From contig OZ287754.1 in NCBI GenBank assembly GCA_965649765.1, positions 65,720,001-65,784,000 of the forward strand: 64,000 nt of DNA. The letters are read 5' to 3'. A program made the translations under genes and the position numbers. The notes beneath the pieces were generated by a model. That model saw only the letters and a list, made by a program, of their open reading frames with translations, was not told where the DNA came from and searched no databases. This DNA is from Bispira polyomma (taxonomy: Eukaryota). Below, in pieces: positions 63,291-64,000 of the stretch (its first letter is position 1; the number at the start of each line of letters is the position of its first letter).

Positions 63291-64000
63291 GATCATTTGT
63301 TATATTTATTTGCAATAACAATTTTGGTTATTTTTCTCAATAATACAAAAACTAAAAATTCTGCATACTAACACATCCCTTGTTATAACCACATCCTTTT
63401 TGAATTCTGGGGATGATGCAGCCGATTCATTTTTTTATAAAAAAAACTATAGTAATGGTTTTAAAAATCTAGGTCGCACTGACAAAAGTTTGACCTGTAC
63501 AGTCTCATATTTACTTTTTAGCATTGTTGACTTGCAAAAATGGCCCATATTTATAAAAATGCTGTATGTACACGAAAAATCAAAAAAAAAATCTATCACA
63601 ATACATTTAATGCGTACCATGTGTATCGCCCAATATTTTAATTATAGTAAATTATACAGTTACAAACGATCTTTGCGAGAATTGTTTACATCGGACATTT
63701 TGTCACTCAAGGCCCCACCTTGCGAGTTCTACCAAACAATAAAGTTCTAGAGACCAAGTTTACAAAATAATTAGAGAACAGAAAACGGATAATCTCAAAT
63801 GTTCCCTGAAGTCTGTTGTATACCCACATTCTATCCCTTACCTGTGGCAAGATCTTTTTAAATTATTATTGACTACATATATCTGACAACAAAGGAACCC
63901 AAATTTTGCACACATATTAAAAAGCCCCGGTTTTTGTATATTATATAAAAATAGCTAATTTTCCTAAAGAAGAAATCAAGAATAAGTTTTTAAGGTACAG

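Overview
AT-rich, repeat-dominated animal genomic DNA, probably from an invertebrate (lophotrochozoan-like); no host protein-coding gene can be supported. Main contents: (1) two related, degenerate tyrosine-recombinase (DIRS/Ngaro-type) retrotransposons on the minus strand (1-~2550 and ~21860-24930); (2) a solo LTR with a 5-bp TSD (5963-6787); (3) a 5'-truncated L2-type LINE and older LINE remnants; (4) tRNA-derived SINEs, many MITEs, Helentron-type non-autonomous elements and minisatellites; (5) a ~20-kb Kolobok DNA transposon (37230-57330, TTAA TSD) with a spliced THAP-DDE transposase gene and a convergent KolX/P2X7-ballast-like gene; (6) inside the KolX intron, a near full-length CR1-group LINE with an open ORF2 (2A-like peptide, APE endonuclease, RT). 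The ORF1 of that LINE has a coiled-coil and RRM-type core fused to a complete NADAR (YbiA-like) domain. This NADAR-carrying retrotransposon is the best candidate for an undescribed system, possibly a counter-defence against guanine ADP-ribosylation of nucleic acids. All calls come from reading and motif recognition; no searches were run.
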